NCBI GenBank assembly: GCA_963799845.1
Contig: CAWCYI010000006.1
Coordinates: 256,001 to 320,000, forward strand
Length of the DNA stretch: 64,000 nt
Direction: 5' to 3'
From: an uncultured Nitrososphaerota archaeon
GTDB taxonomy: Archaea; Thermoproteota; Nitrososphaeria; Nitrososphaerales; CADDZS01
Below are positions 20,557 through 30,443 of this stretch, one piece after another; the stretch's first letter is position 1; each line of letters begins with the position of its first letter. A program made the translations under genes and the position numbers. The notes beneath the pieces are model-generated. The model did not search any database, was not told where the DNA came from, and saw only the letters and a list, made by a program, of their open reading frames with translations.

Positions 20557-22258
20557 CTAACCCTCGCTTTCATATTCCTCTTTCAGATCGTGTATTTGAT
20601 CCAACAGAGAATTCATTACGCTTTGCAGCCTACGCTCGTTGCTTTGCTGTAGTCTTGAGAATGTCTCTTCTTTCATCTTTCTTGAAAGAAGCTGATCATA
20701 GTTGTTCAGAATGTCTTTGACAACACGGTCAAATTCTCGATCGCTTGCAAGAACTTCGTTTAGATCGCTTTGCACAGTCACGCTTGCATCCGCTAGCTGA
20801 GCTCGCAATGTGCCAATCCTCGAATTCGTCTTTATCCTGAAATCATCAATACGAGATCTAGCGACAATGACCTCGTTTCGAGACACTGAAGTGCCCCTGG
20901 CTTTTAATTCCGAGAGTATTTCGTTCGTGTTCGAGACTTTGTCTTCAAAAGCCTTTGTCAACGAATCAAAAGTTGTTGAGGAATCTTCCTTCGACTCTTG
21001 TTTTGGTCGAAACACCACAGCTCCAACGAATACAGCAATAAACAACAACCCGGCTATTGGCAAAGCAGACCCGAAAGCTGAGGCAATTCCCACTCTATAA
21101 GTCAGAATCGAGGACCCGTGGATCTCGGTAGTATTGAACCCTTTGAGGGAAAGCTGATTTCCAGAAACTACAATCCCTGGGACGGTCGATGAGGTGATCT
21201 GATATTGGTCGAAAACAGCTTGGATAGGAGTCGTTGTGGGAATGGAAACAATATAGTTACCATTAGAATAGTTCCAGTACTGTTGCCCTAAAGGATATTG
21301 GTAAACGAGCGATGCAGAGCTGTCAGGTTGAATTGCTTGTCCCGTTGAATTTAGATCAAGAACATCGCCGCTAATCGGAATTGAAGCGAGATTGCTCAAT
21401 GGAGGTTCACTTGTTGGAACTGCAGTCAGACTTGAATCATTTGTAAGTGGCGAGTACGAAAGAGAGTAGATTGTGTTCTCTCCGAGATTACGTAAATCCA
21501 GAGTATCGGTAACTATTACTTGCCCGTTAGCGGCAACAGAAAGTCTGTCTGTTTGCGGAGGTAAAATCCAATGCTCCGGAAGAGTCTGGGGTTGAGAAGA
21601 TCTCCACCTGACCGCTTCTGACTGTATTCGAAACGTTAGGACCGCTGTAATCCCAAGTCTCAAGGGTCGCATTAGTCCCGACAGTGTGCGAAAACCCAGC
21701 CTCTTGCATTGGTGTAGGGTCAACAATGTGAGTCGTCAAATAGGGAAGTACTATCGAAGTGACGATCTTATCCAGTGGTATGCTAACTCCCGGAGAAAAA
21801 AGAATTGGAGCTGTGTAATTACCATCGGCGATTGACTGAAAAGTATTGAGCACGTAAAACCCTAAGCTAATTGATGAATTCGATCCTGGTTGCAGGCCAG
21901 GAGAAACTGAAAGTGCCATTGAGACGGTATTGTTATTCGAAATACTCGTAGATTCGGTCACCTGAACCGTGTTATTGTCAGTAATGCCGTGGAGACTCAT
22001 TGCCACGATGTGGCCAGCAAACGCCGACGGGAATACCAAGGTTACTGATGAAAGGCCCGATGTGCTGTTCGTTGTTTGATAAAGCGTCTCATTTACTTCG
22101 AATTGACCAAAAGTGTTGAATGTGACGATGTTCTTGACCCAATAACCACTCGTTGCCGTCGAAGCGGCATGAGAAGTAGAACTATTGGCAAGCATACCAA
22201 AAGCTAGGAGTGAAATAATGAAAATGAGCGCCATCAAAAACGACGCCTTGAAGCGCAA
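20557..22258 (-). CDS. Signal-peptide, single-TM glycoprotein resembling ribophorin I/OST1 (frameshift at 21544; 566 aa joined)
   Basis: Signal peptide, beta-rich extracellular region with many N-x-S/T sequons, RQLSVAANGQVIVTDTLDLRNLG, one TM helix, helical cytoplasmic tail. Confidence 0.6.
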
Positions 22259-22449
22259 AGTTATAGACTCCGGTGAAGCACTCGAACCACAAAAACCGTT
22301 TTAAAGACTTTCGGGAGAAAAGATAGATTCTCGCTATTTTTTGTGACTGTGTTGAAAATCGTCGCCGTTTAGTTTTGTTGTCACAATATCACGCGTTAAC
22401 ACTATAAAATCTGCAAACCAGAATTTTCAAATCGAAGCCTCGAGAGAAA

Positions 22450-23835
22450 TTGGTAGTACACAAATTCCTTCCCAATTCGGAAGATGAAATCACTCGTTAC
22501 ATGCTTGACAGGCTTGGTTTGAATTCTTTGGACGAACTTTTCAGTGATATTCCAGAAAATGTACGTCTTAACAGACCTCTAAAGATCCCGGATTCGATGA
22601 GTGAAATCGAATTGGAAAAGTTAGTCTCCAAAAAATTATCGCGAAACAATGCTGCGCCGGAGTTTCTAAACTTCCTTGGAGGAGGAAACTGGGTTCATCA
22701 CGTCCCATCAATAATTGACGAGATCTTGTCAAGAGGCGAGTTTTACACGGCGTATACTCCCTACCAGCCAGAAATAAGTCAGGGAATGCTTCAGGCACTT
22801 TTCGAATATCAGAGCGAAATCTGTGAGCCTACAGGGATGGAAGTTGCAAATAGCTCGATGTACGATTGGGGAAGCGCTTTAGGTGAGGCCGGAAGGATGG
22901 CACAAAGGGTCACCGGTAGAATGAAAATTCTAGCCGCTTCGAGTTCTTCTCCAGAGAGACTTGGTGTTCTAGAAACATACTGCGTACCCGCAGGAATACG
23001 GGTGTCAAGAATCAACTTTCAAAACTCCGGAACTATTGACATGAATTTGCTCAACAGACAATTGGATGACTCCATTGGTGCAGTCTATCTAGAAGTTCCG
23101 AATTTTCTTGGCGTTATTGAGGACTCTTTGAATGAAATTGCAGAGAGGTGTCATAAAAGGGGAGCTTTGTTGATTGCGGGGGTCAATCCTATCACACTTG
23201 GGGTATTGACTCCTCCTGGCGCTTATGGAGCAGATATAGTAGTTGGAGACGGACAACCTCTTGGTCTTTATCCGAATTTTGGGGGGCCGTTGATGGGAAT
23301 TTTTGCCACGAGAGATGATTCAACTTTGCTCAGGCAAATGCCTGGGAGGCTGATCGGCATGACTCGTTCGATAAACGGGGCAAGAAGAGGCTATACAATG
23401 GTGTTGCAAACTCGGGAACAGCACATTAGGCGAGAACATGCTACATCCAATATTTGCACTAATGAGGCGTTATTCGCTCTGGCTGTAAACATCTATCTTT
23501 CCGCGATGGGTCCAAATGGGATTCGAGAAATTGGTGAACGTATCTTTGGCAATTCACATTATGCCAGGAAGAGGTTTCTCGAGGAAGGTTTATCCGTACC
23601 CCATTTTAGTGGCAATTTCTTCGGCGAACTAAGCGTCAAGACGATTTCCGATTCGATTGAGCTGTCAAAAGAGCTAGCCAAACACAATATTCTGGGAGGA
23701 CTGCCACTAGGAAGATTCTATGATAATTTGCAAAACGTTTCCTTATTTTCATTCAGCGAACTGCACGGAGTGGATGACATCGAACAACTGCTTTCTACGA
23801 TCAAATCGATCGAGCAAGAAAAAGTAGGTGCTTAG
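22450..23835 (+). CDS. gcvPA: Glycine dehydrogenase (decarboxylating) subunit 1
   Basis: EFYTAYTPYQPEISQG and QTREQHIRRExATSNICTN. Confidence 0.96.
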   Translation: MVVHKFLPNSEDEITRYMLDRLGLNSLDELFSDIPENVRLNRPLKIPDSMSEIELEKLVSKKLSRNNAAPEFLNFLGGGNWVHHVPSIIDEILSRGEFYTAYTPYQPEISQGMLQALFEYQSEICEPTGMEVANSSMYDWGSALGEAGRMAQRVTGRMKILAASSSSPERLGVLETYCVPAGIRVSRINFQNSGTIDMNLLNRQLDDSIGAVYLEVPNFLGVIEDSLNEIAERCHKRGALLIAGVNPITLGVLTPPGAYGADIVVGDGQPLGLYPNFGGPLMGIFATRDDSTLLRQMPGRLIGMTRSINGARRGYTMVLQTREQHIRREHATSNICTNEALFALAVNIYLSAMGPNGIREIGERIFGNSHYARKRFLEEGLSVPHFSGNFFGELSVKTISDSIELSKELAKHNILGGLPLGRFYDNLQNVSLFSFSELHGVDDIEQLLSTIKSIEQEKVGA

Positions 23836-25366
23836 GAAAGGAATGGTTTTCCATCAAGCTGTCTGGGACGAGCCTCTTCTTAGTGAGCTTTCCAGAAGTG
23901 GTCGTCGAGGATATTCTCTTCCGCCTGTTGAGAAAATTGTGAGATCTCAAATTGAAAATCTGAATGAGCAGATTCCAGAAAAGATGATCCGAAACGATCT
24001 CCCGAGGTTGCCGGAAATCTCCGAACCTGAGATAATTCGTCATTTTGTAAGACTCTCTCAGATGAATTTTGCAATCGATCTAGGAATGTACCCCCTGGGC
24101 AGTTGTACAATGAAATACAATCCCAAAGTTTCCCAAAGAATCGCGCGTAATCCGAAAATGGCTATGCTTCATCCGTATCAGCATGAATCGACCGTTCAAG
24201 GAACCCTAGAGATATTCTATGAACTACAGCAAATGCTTTCGGAAATTTCCGGAATGGATTATTTTTCATTGGCACCTGCGGCGGGAGCGCAGGGCGAATA
24301 TGTAGGCGCGTTAATTATTCGCAAGTATCTCAAAGATAACAATCTTGAAGGGAAAGACGAAATGCTCGTTCCGGATTCCGCGCATGGTACCAATCCAGCA
24401 AGTGCGGCTATGGCGGGATTCAAGGTCGTGAAAATACCTTCGTCGGACGAAGGAATAGTGACTCTTGAAGCTGTAAAGAAAGTAATTTCAGACAAGACCG
24501 CAGGAATGATGTTGACCGTTCCGAGCACTCTGGGAATTTTTGAAAGAGAGATAGTTGAAGTCACCAAAATCGTGCATGAGAAAAAAGGTCTGATGTATTA
24601 CGATGGCGCCAACATGAACGCTCTACTGGGACGTGCTCGACCCGGGGATATGGGTTTCGACATAGTGCACATAAATGTCCACAAGACTTTTGCGACTCCT
24701 CATGGCGGAGGCGGTCCTGGGGCGGGGCCCGTCGGGGTAAGGTCGCACCTTCGCGAGTACCTCCCAGTACCATTAATTTCGAAAATTGGCAATGAATACA
24801 CATTGGATTACTCGGTTGCTCGAACAATCGGACATATCAAGTCATTTTACGGCAATTCTGCTGTACTTTTGAGAGCTTATTGCTACATTCTGAGCCTTGG
24901 TAGGGACGGTCTGAAGTCTGTATCAGAGCAAGCAGTGTTGGCTTCAAATTACCTACTATCGTTGCTTAACAAGGATGCCTTCAGTACTCCTTACTCGCCG
25001 AAAACTCCGCGAAAGCATGAGTTTGTGGTTAGTGCATCTCCCTTGAAAAAGAGAACAGGGATCTCAGCAGGTGATGTGGCAAAAGCGATCCTTGACTCGG
25101 GAATGCACTCCCCGACCACGTACTTTCCTCTTATTGTGGCGGAAGCTCTGATGGTAGAACCGACAGAGACAGAGTCTGTTGAAAACCTTGAGGCTTACGG
25201 GCGTGTCCTAAATGAGATCGCGACTTCGGCGTCGAGTGACAAAGAGTCTGTTATCGATTCACCAAAGAATACTTCAATCGGAAGACTGGACGAATACAGG
25301 GCTTCACATCCTACCTCTATGATTTTGAACTGGAAGAAGATTCCGAAATCGCAAAAAGGGCAGTAA
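23828..25366 (+). CDS. gcvPB: Glycine dehydrogenase (decarboxylating) subunit 2
   Basis: YPLGSCTMKYNP, SAHGTNPASA and PLP-lysine motif HKTFxTPHGGGGPG; start may be ATG 23843. Confidence 0.96.
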   Translation: MLRKGMVFHQAVWDEPLLSELSRSGRRGYSLPPVEKIVRSQIENLNEQIPEKMIRNDLPRLPEISEPEIIRHFVRLSQMNFAIDLGMYPLGSCTMKYNPKVSQRIARNPKMAMLHPYQHESTVQGTLEIFYELQQMLSEISGMDYFSLAPAAGAQGEYVGALIIRKYLKDNNLEGKDEMLVPDSAHGTNPASAAMAGFKVVKIPSSDEGIVTLEAVKKVISDKTAGMMLTVPSTLGIFEREIVEVTKIVHEKKGLMYYDGANMNALLGRARPGDMGFDIVHINVHKTFATPHGGGGPGAGPVGVRSHLREYLPVPLISKIGNEYTLDYSVARTIGHIKSFYGNSAVLLRAYCYILSLGRDGLKSVSEQAVLASNYLLSLLNKDAFSTPYSPKTPRKHEFVVSASPLKKRTGISAGDVAKAILDSGMHSPTTYFPLIVAEALMVEPTETESVENLEAYGRVLNEIATSASSDKESVIDSPKNTSIGRLDEYRASHPTSMILNWKKIPKSQKGQ

Positions 25367-25370
25367 TAGA

Positions 25371-25700
25371 TTGCCCTCTTCGAATAAGCGACGTCTGTTT
25401 GAATCCGTTAAGCAAAAGAGGAGAAGAATCGCATCTCAACAGATGAGAACTGCTCTTGATATAGCGAAAAGAGAGAACCAAAGCCATCCTGAACTTTCCG
25501 AAAAAACTGCCCAACTAGTCTGGAAATTATCTACCAAATTTAATGTCCGACTAGGTCGTTATAGATTGTTGTTTTGTCGTAGGTGCAAGTCATTTATCCT
25601 ACCTCCTAGAAGTTCTAGATATCGTCTAAGCAAGAAGAACCGTAGAACATTGACCGTCACTTGCCTAAAGTGCGGAAATGTATACCGAAGGCTCTTCTAG
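25371..25700 (+). CDS. rnp4: RNase P protein component Rpp21
   Basis: FCRRC...TCLKCGxxxR zinc ribbon; position upstream of rps19e. Confidence 0.88.
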   Translation: MPSSNKRRLFESVKQKRRRIASQQMRTALDIAKRENQSHPELSEKTAQLVWKLSTKFNVRLGRYRLLFCRRCKSFILPPRSSRYRLSKKNRRTLTVTCLKCGNVYRRLF

Positions 25701-25810
25701 ACCCGATCAAGGCATCCGAAAAAATCTTATGCATGTATCGTGATTTATATAGAGCTTCAAAAAATGGTCTCTTCTACCTTAACTTTCAAAATCAGAGGTT
25801 TGTATTTGAA

Positions 25811-26266
25811 ATGACTACTGCTCACGAAGTTCCACAGGACTTGCTAATTTCTAAACTTGCTGATCACCTGAGGCATGTATCCCAAGTTACCCAGCCTCAA
25901 TGGACTGCGTACGCAAAGACTGGATCTCACGCCTCTAGGCAACCTATTGAGAAGGACTGGTGGTACGCCCGTTGCGGATCTCTTTTGAGGAAAATCTACA
26001 TTCATGGACCGATTGGAGTTTCGCAATTAGAGTCGGACTACGGCGGAAGAAAGGAAATTGGATATTATGTTGGACATCATCGCGACGCTGGTGGTTCGGC
26101 AATTAGGAAGGCGATCCAACAGCTCGAAGCCGCGGGACTGGTGGCAAAGCACGGCAGAAAAGGTCGAATCTTGACTGGAAAAGGAGTTAGTCTTCTAGAT
26201 AGGCAAAGCACCGAGATATTGAAGGAACTCGCTAAGACAAAGCCCGAACTGGCTCGATATCTGTGA
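25811..26266 (+). CDS. rps19e: 30S ribosomal protein S19e
   Basis: DWWYxRxxSLLRKIY, YGGRK and IRKAIQQLE; start reassigned to ATG 25811. Confidence 0.96.
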   Translation: MTTAHEVPQDLLISKLADHLRHVSQVTQPQWTAYAKTGSHASRQPIEKDWWYARCGSLLRKIYIHGPIGVSQLESDYGGRKEIGYYVGHHRDAGGSAIRKAIQQLEAAGLVAKHGRKGRILTGKGVSLLDRQSTEILKELAKTKPELARYL

Positions 26267-26310
26267 ACTTTCGAGTGATTCTTTAAAATGATGCTGGGGA
26301 GCGGAATCGT

Positions 26311-26610
26311 TTGAGTGACACGCCGAAAAATCCCCAAGACAACTCTCCGGGCAGCCAACCAGTCGACCAGGAGCGACAATCCAAGGCAGCTCGGGAGCAG
26401 ATGTTGCGGCTTGTATTTACAGCAGAAGCTAGAGAGAGGTTAAATAACGTGAGAATGGTGAAGCCGGATCTTGCTGGATCCATAGAGAATCAGATCTTTC
26501 AACTCGCAAGCTCGGGTCGTTTGAGGCATCAGATTAGCGACGAGGAACTTAAACAGATGTTGGGACAGTTGCAAAGACCAAAAAAAGAATTCAAAATTAA
26601 TTGGAAGTAA
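26311..26610 (+). CDS. PDCD5-like DNA-binding protein
   Basis: EARERLNNVRMVKPD...ISDEELKxML. Confidence 0.92.
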   Translation: MSDTPKNPQDNSPGSQPVDQERQSKAAREQMLRLVFTAEARERLNNVRMVKPDLAGSIENQIFQLASSGRLRHQISDEELKQMLGQLQRPKKEFKINWK

Positions 26611-26626
26611 GAAGGAGAAGGTAGTA

Positions 26627-26782
26627 TTGAGCAAAAAAACTTCAGGAGTAAAGAAACGGTTGCTTCGAGTCAGGCGACAGTCGTACCCCGTCCCTACTTG
26701 GGTGATAGCGAAAACAAAACAGAAGGTAAGAACACATCCTCAGCAGCGTCAGTGGCGTCGACAAAAGCTGAAAGTAAAGTAG
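26627..26782 (+). CDS. rpl39e: 50S ribosomal protein L39e (absent from ORF track)
   Basis: Hand translation: MSKKTSGVKKRLLRVRRQSYPVPTWVIAKTKQKVRTHPQQRQWRRQKLKVK*; canonical position before rpl31e. Confidence 0.93.
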   Translation: MSKKTSGVKKRLLRVRRQSYPVPTWVIAKTKQKVRTHPQQRQWRRQKLKVK

Positions 26783-26794
26783 TGGTAAGTTGAA

Positions 26795-27253
26795 TTGTCA
26801 GATCAAGATATTGAACTCGAAAGAGTGTACACGGTTCCCTTGTCGCGAGCGTGGATAACTGCCAGGCATCGACGAACACGCAGGGCGGTAAATATCCTCA
26901 GGGAATTCGCCGAACATCATATGAAATCTTCAGAAATTAAGATAGACACCGAACTTAACGAAGAGCTTTGGAAGAGGGGAATTACTAAACCCCCCAGAAG
27001 AATAACGGTGAAAATGGAGAAAGACGAAGATGGAGTAGTCACAATCTCTCTTCCCAAGAAAGCAAAGAAGGAAACAGAGATAGCAGCCCCAATAGAGGAG
27101 CCTGTCAAGCCGGAACCAGCCGCTGAGGAGAAGACGGTTGCCCCAGTTGCTCAAGAACCCAAAACTGTCGCCCCTCCGAATGCTCCTAAAAAGCGACCGC
27201 AAAAGTCGCCAAAGAAGTCTGCCACAAAGAAGGCAAAGAAACCGAAGAACTAG
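26795..27253 (+). CDS. rpl31e: 50S ribosomal protein L31e with long C-terminal tail
   Basis: ERVYTVPL, RAVNILREF and LNEELWKRGITKPP. Confidence 0.95.
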   Translation: MSDQDIELERVYTVPLSRAWITARHRRTRRAVNILREFAEHHMKSSEIKIDTELNEELWKRGITKPPRRITVKMEKDEDGVVTISLPKKAKKETEIAAPIEEPVKPEPAAEEKTVAPVAQEPKTVAPPNAPKKRPQKSPKKSATKKAKKPKN

Positions 27254-27259
27254 GCTTTC

Positions 27260-27779
27260 TTAGTTCTCTCGGACTCTAAACCAATTGCGGAAGAGTAAGG
27301 GCAACGGTCTCCCGTACCACTTTTCAAAAAGAGCTCGTATTTCTTCCGTGCTTTCAATCCCGGCAAGTTGGGCTTCCTCGTCAGAAAGATCGTATGCGTT
27401 TACTCGATCAGTCCGGTAAAATTTCGATCAGAATCTTTGCGGAATCGGACTTTTGTCTGAATCTGTTTTCAATTACATAATACATTCCAACCTTCGGAGA
27501 CTTGCGGTAAGTAACTTGAACCTTTCCAACAGAAATCTTCTGGATCAATTCTTTCACAAAGATAATCTGCTTAGGTTTGCCATTTGCGTACAGCGACTCA
27601 CTTTTCCAAAAACCGGGAAACTTTTGCAACGCGAGCTGGATTGCTTCATTCAATGTAAGGTCCATACCGAACTCAGCTTCGACGTCGATAACATCAAGAT
27701 TGCCAGGGGACACAGAATTCTCCCTCATCCAATCTTTCAGTTTGTCCCTAGTCTTAGAATCAGAAATACGTTTCGACAA
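27260..27779 (-). CDS. ASCH-domain protein with N-terminal extension (frameshift at ~27423; 172 aa joined)
   Basis: IIF...ISVGKVQVTYR; corrected C-terminus ...DLSDEEAQLAGIESTEEIRALFEKWY...FRVREN*. Confidence 0.7.
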
Positions 27780-27868
27780 GTAGGAATCATCTTGAGAGTA
27801 TCTAGTTTCCTCTCGATGGCAGGACGTGTCTAGTAAAACGTTCTCTTAAGTAGATTTTCTTTAGCCGA

Positions 27869-28936
27869 TTAGTTCATTTCGATGTTGGAAAGAAGCGAGT
27901 CGAAATCGAGAACTTGATCAATATCGTCGTCCAAGTTGACTGCTGCACGGCCTAGTGCCTGATCAACCGGATCGTACGAGTCGAACTTTGTCGTGGAGAA
28001 TCCCGTTGCCATGATTATAGCTGTCGACATTGATGATGAGTTTGCAGAAAGGCCATATTCTATCTGCATTGTCCCTGATCCAAGGACGCCTGAAAGACCA
28101 CCGATTGAAGTCACCAACTCACTCATCGTGATTGACTTATCAGTACAAAGATGAACCAAAGATTTGGACGCTTCTCTTGTATTGACCGTCTTGTCGAAAT
28201 GGCTCGCCGCGTTAATCACAGCCTGCCGATACTCCGAGATCAAAATCGAATCTCCCAGACAGAGCACACTGTAGGAATTCGTCTTTACAAAATTCACGAC
28301 ATTGTTCATGCCAATACTGAATTCATGCTGCTCAGTCGAACCGAGAAGTTTGTTGAGAGCAAGTGCGATCTTCTGGTTAACGAGGGCATATGCATCGATG
28401 AGTGGGAGATCTTGCTGGAGCAATTCGTCATTGTCGATAACAACCACACCTGAAGCGTGTTTTCGGACTTGTTTTAGAGCGCTACCTGCAAAGAAGTGCT
28501 TTGATTTCTCAAAGTTGTACGGCATAACCATTATTGCGACTGTGACCGCTCCTTTTGCACTCGCTTCTTGGGCAATCATGGGAGCTATTGCGGAGCCAAC
28601 AGTGCCACCTAGGCCTGCGATTATGAAAACGATGTCGCTGTCACTAATATTCTGGCGAATCTGTGGGAGCTTCCCTGAGGCAATACCTCTCAATTTGAAA
28701 GGAGTAGACTTACTGCTCGCGCCCAACTCCACTAGAATTCTCTCACCTTTAGTGATGTTAGCAATATCATGATCGTCGCAAGTAATGTACACAAAATGTT
28801 CCAAAAGTTTGCTTTCCTTAGAAAGTTGATTCCCAATCTTACATCCGGCACTGCCGATGCAGACGACTGCGACCTTGCGACCATAACCAGGAGCTGAGTA
28901 CGGAAAATCTGTCAGTTTTAGATCTAGTTGCGACAA
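27869..28936 (-). CDS. ftsZ: Divergent FtsZ/tubulin-family protein (thaumarchaeal type)
   Basis: IGSAGxKI, AGLGGTVGSAIAP, MPYNFE and IDNDEL. Confidence 0.85.
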   Translation of the reverse strand: MSQLDLKLTDFPYSAPGYGRKVAVVCIGSAGCKIGNQLSKESKLLEHFVYITCDDHDIANITKGERILVELGASSKSTPFKLRGIASGKLPQIRQNISDSDIVFIIAGLGGTVGSAIAPMIAQEASAKGAVTVAIMVMPYNFEKSKHFFAGSALKQVRKHASGVVVIDNDELLQQDLPLIDAYALVNQKIALALNKLLGSTEQHEFSIGMNNVVNFVKTNSYSVLCLGDSILISEYRQAVINAASHFDKTVNTREASKSLVHLCTDKSITMSELVTSIGGLSGVLGSGTMQIEYGLSANSSSMSTAIIMATGFSTTKFDSYDPVDQALGRAAVNLDDDIDQVLDFDSLLSNIEMN

Positions 28937-29025
28937 AATGGGAGACTCATTTTTGCCTACGAAAAAGATCAGATATTATTATCGATGATTAGTTAAGTTA
29001 GTAGCTCTTGTCAACTAAGTTTCGT

Positions 29026-30339
29026 TTATGTCCTTGTCGGAGAAATTTTAGCCCTTAGGGTTGAGGAGGTCGATCCTACAACTTCAACTTCAACTTCCGA
29101 TCCGAGAATTGGTTCCTGACCGGAGAAATTGCCATCCTGGATTAGGCAAGGTTTGTATGCATAGTTTCTTCCGACGACCGCATCTTTGACTCTCTCATCA
29201 AGTATCACCCTGCCCTTCCATCCGATCCAATGGGAATTAACCTCGTTCTGTATTCTTCTTGAGAGTGTCGTCATCAAACCGGATCTTTTCCTTGCCTCAT
29301 CCGATGCAATCTGATCTTCCATGACAGCAGCTTTCGTACCTGGTCTCGCACCGAATCTTGATAAATTCAGAACATCAGGTCTTGTTCTCACCAGCAGCTC
29401 CATCGATTCTTCAAATTCGGTTTCGGTCTCTGACGGAAATCCAACGATCATATCCGTACTGAGGGTGATATCGGGAATCTCCTCTCGCAAGCGAGAGACC
29501 ATCGATTCAAAATCTGAAACAGCGTAGCCCCTCTGCATTTCTCTCAAAACTCGATTACTTCCTGATTGAACCGGGAGGTGGGCAAATTTGAAAACTTTGT
29601 CGAGTTCAAAGCAATCCAAGATTTCTTCCAAGTCCCGCCTTGTGAGCAATGGATTCATCATCCCGACTCTAATTTTGAAATCTCCGGGAACCGCAGCAAC
29701 CTTTCTGATGAGAGCAGGCAGACTTGTCTTTGAGTCTCGGCCATAAGCAGCATTGTCCGTCGAAGTCAGCCAAATTTCCTTCGCACCCTGAGAGACAAAA
29801 GATCTCACCTCGTTTATGATATCTAACGCCGGATAACTGAAAACCGTCCCCTTGACTAGCTTGACCTGACAAAATGTGCAGCTGCTCAAGCAACCGGACG
29901 AGATTTCAACTATCCCGATAACCGAGTTCAACCTGCTTCTCGGTAGACCCAGCTTTACGAGCTTTCTTGGCTCCAAAGAAACGGTCCGCTGTCCCCCCAT
30001 AACCGAAAGAATCGCAGGGATAATCTCCTCTAGATTGTTGGGTCCAATCATACTCAAGTTCTGATTGATCTCAATCACCTTCTGAGGATCTGCTTTTGGT
30101 AGACAGCCCGCAACAATCACCTTCTTTGATCCATTTTTAGACAGGGCACGGATCCGGCTTAACATCCTCTGCTCTGTGACCGTCTTCACGGAGCAAGTCA
30201 CCAGTATTGCGACGTCCGCCTCGTTTTCGTCTCCAACTATTCTTAGACCATCGTTCTCAATCATTCCGGAAATGATCTCAGTATCTGCCATACTCGCAGA
30301 GCAACCGTGTCCCTCAACGAAAACGCTAGTCATTTCCAT
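29026..30339 (-). CDS. tRNA t6A37 methylthiotransferase (archaeal MtaB/CDKAL1 type, radical SAM + TRAM)
   Basis: GCSAS, TCSVK, AGCLP, CLSSCTFC, HLPVQSGS and IVGFPxE. Confidence 0.9.
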   Translation of the reverse strand: MEMTSVFVEGHGCSASMADTEIISGMIENDGLRIVGDENEADVAILVTCSVKTVTEQRMLSRIRALSKNGSKKVIVAGCLPKADPQKVIEINQNLSMIGPNNLEEIIPAILSVMGGQRTVSLEPRKLVKLGLPRSRLNSVIGIVEISSGCLSSCTFCQVKLVKGTVFSYPALDIINEVRSFVSQGAKEIWLTSTDNAAYGRDSKTSLPALIRKVAAVPGDFKIRVGMMNPLLTRRDLEEILDCFELDKVFKFAHLPVQSGSNRVLREMQRGYAVSDFESMVSRLREEIPDITLSTDMIVGFPSETETEFEESMELLVRTRPDVLNLSRFGARPGTKAAVMEDQIASDEARKRSGLMTTLSRRIQNEVNSHWIGWKGRVILDERVKDAVVGRNYAYKPCLIQDGNFSGQEPILGSEVEVEVVGSTSSTLRAKISPTRT

Positions 30340-30443
30340 ACGGGTCCTCCTCTATATCGGAAAATGATTGGAGCGTTTCTATTTCTTTCTAGTGACTCCT
30401 CAAGAAACGCTTTATTGGCGAGGCATGAATTCGGCAATCCTGA

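Noticed and set aside
25661-25810. N-terminal extension of S19e (and similar extensions on hjc, alaS, rpl10e and the RHH gene)
   Set aside because: Artefact of longest-ORF calling; TATA-like boxes lie inside some extensions and homology starts at downstream codons
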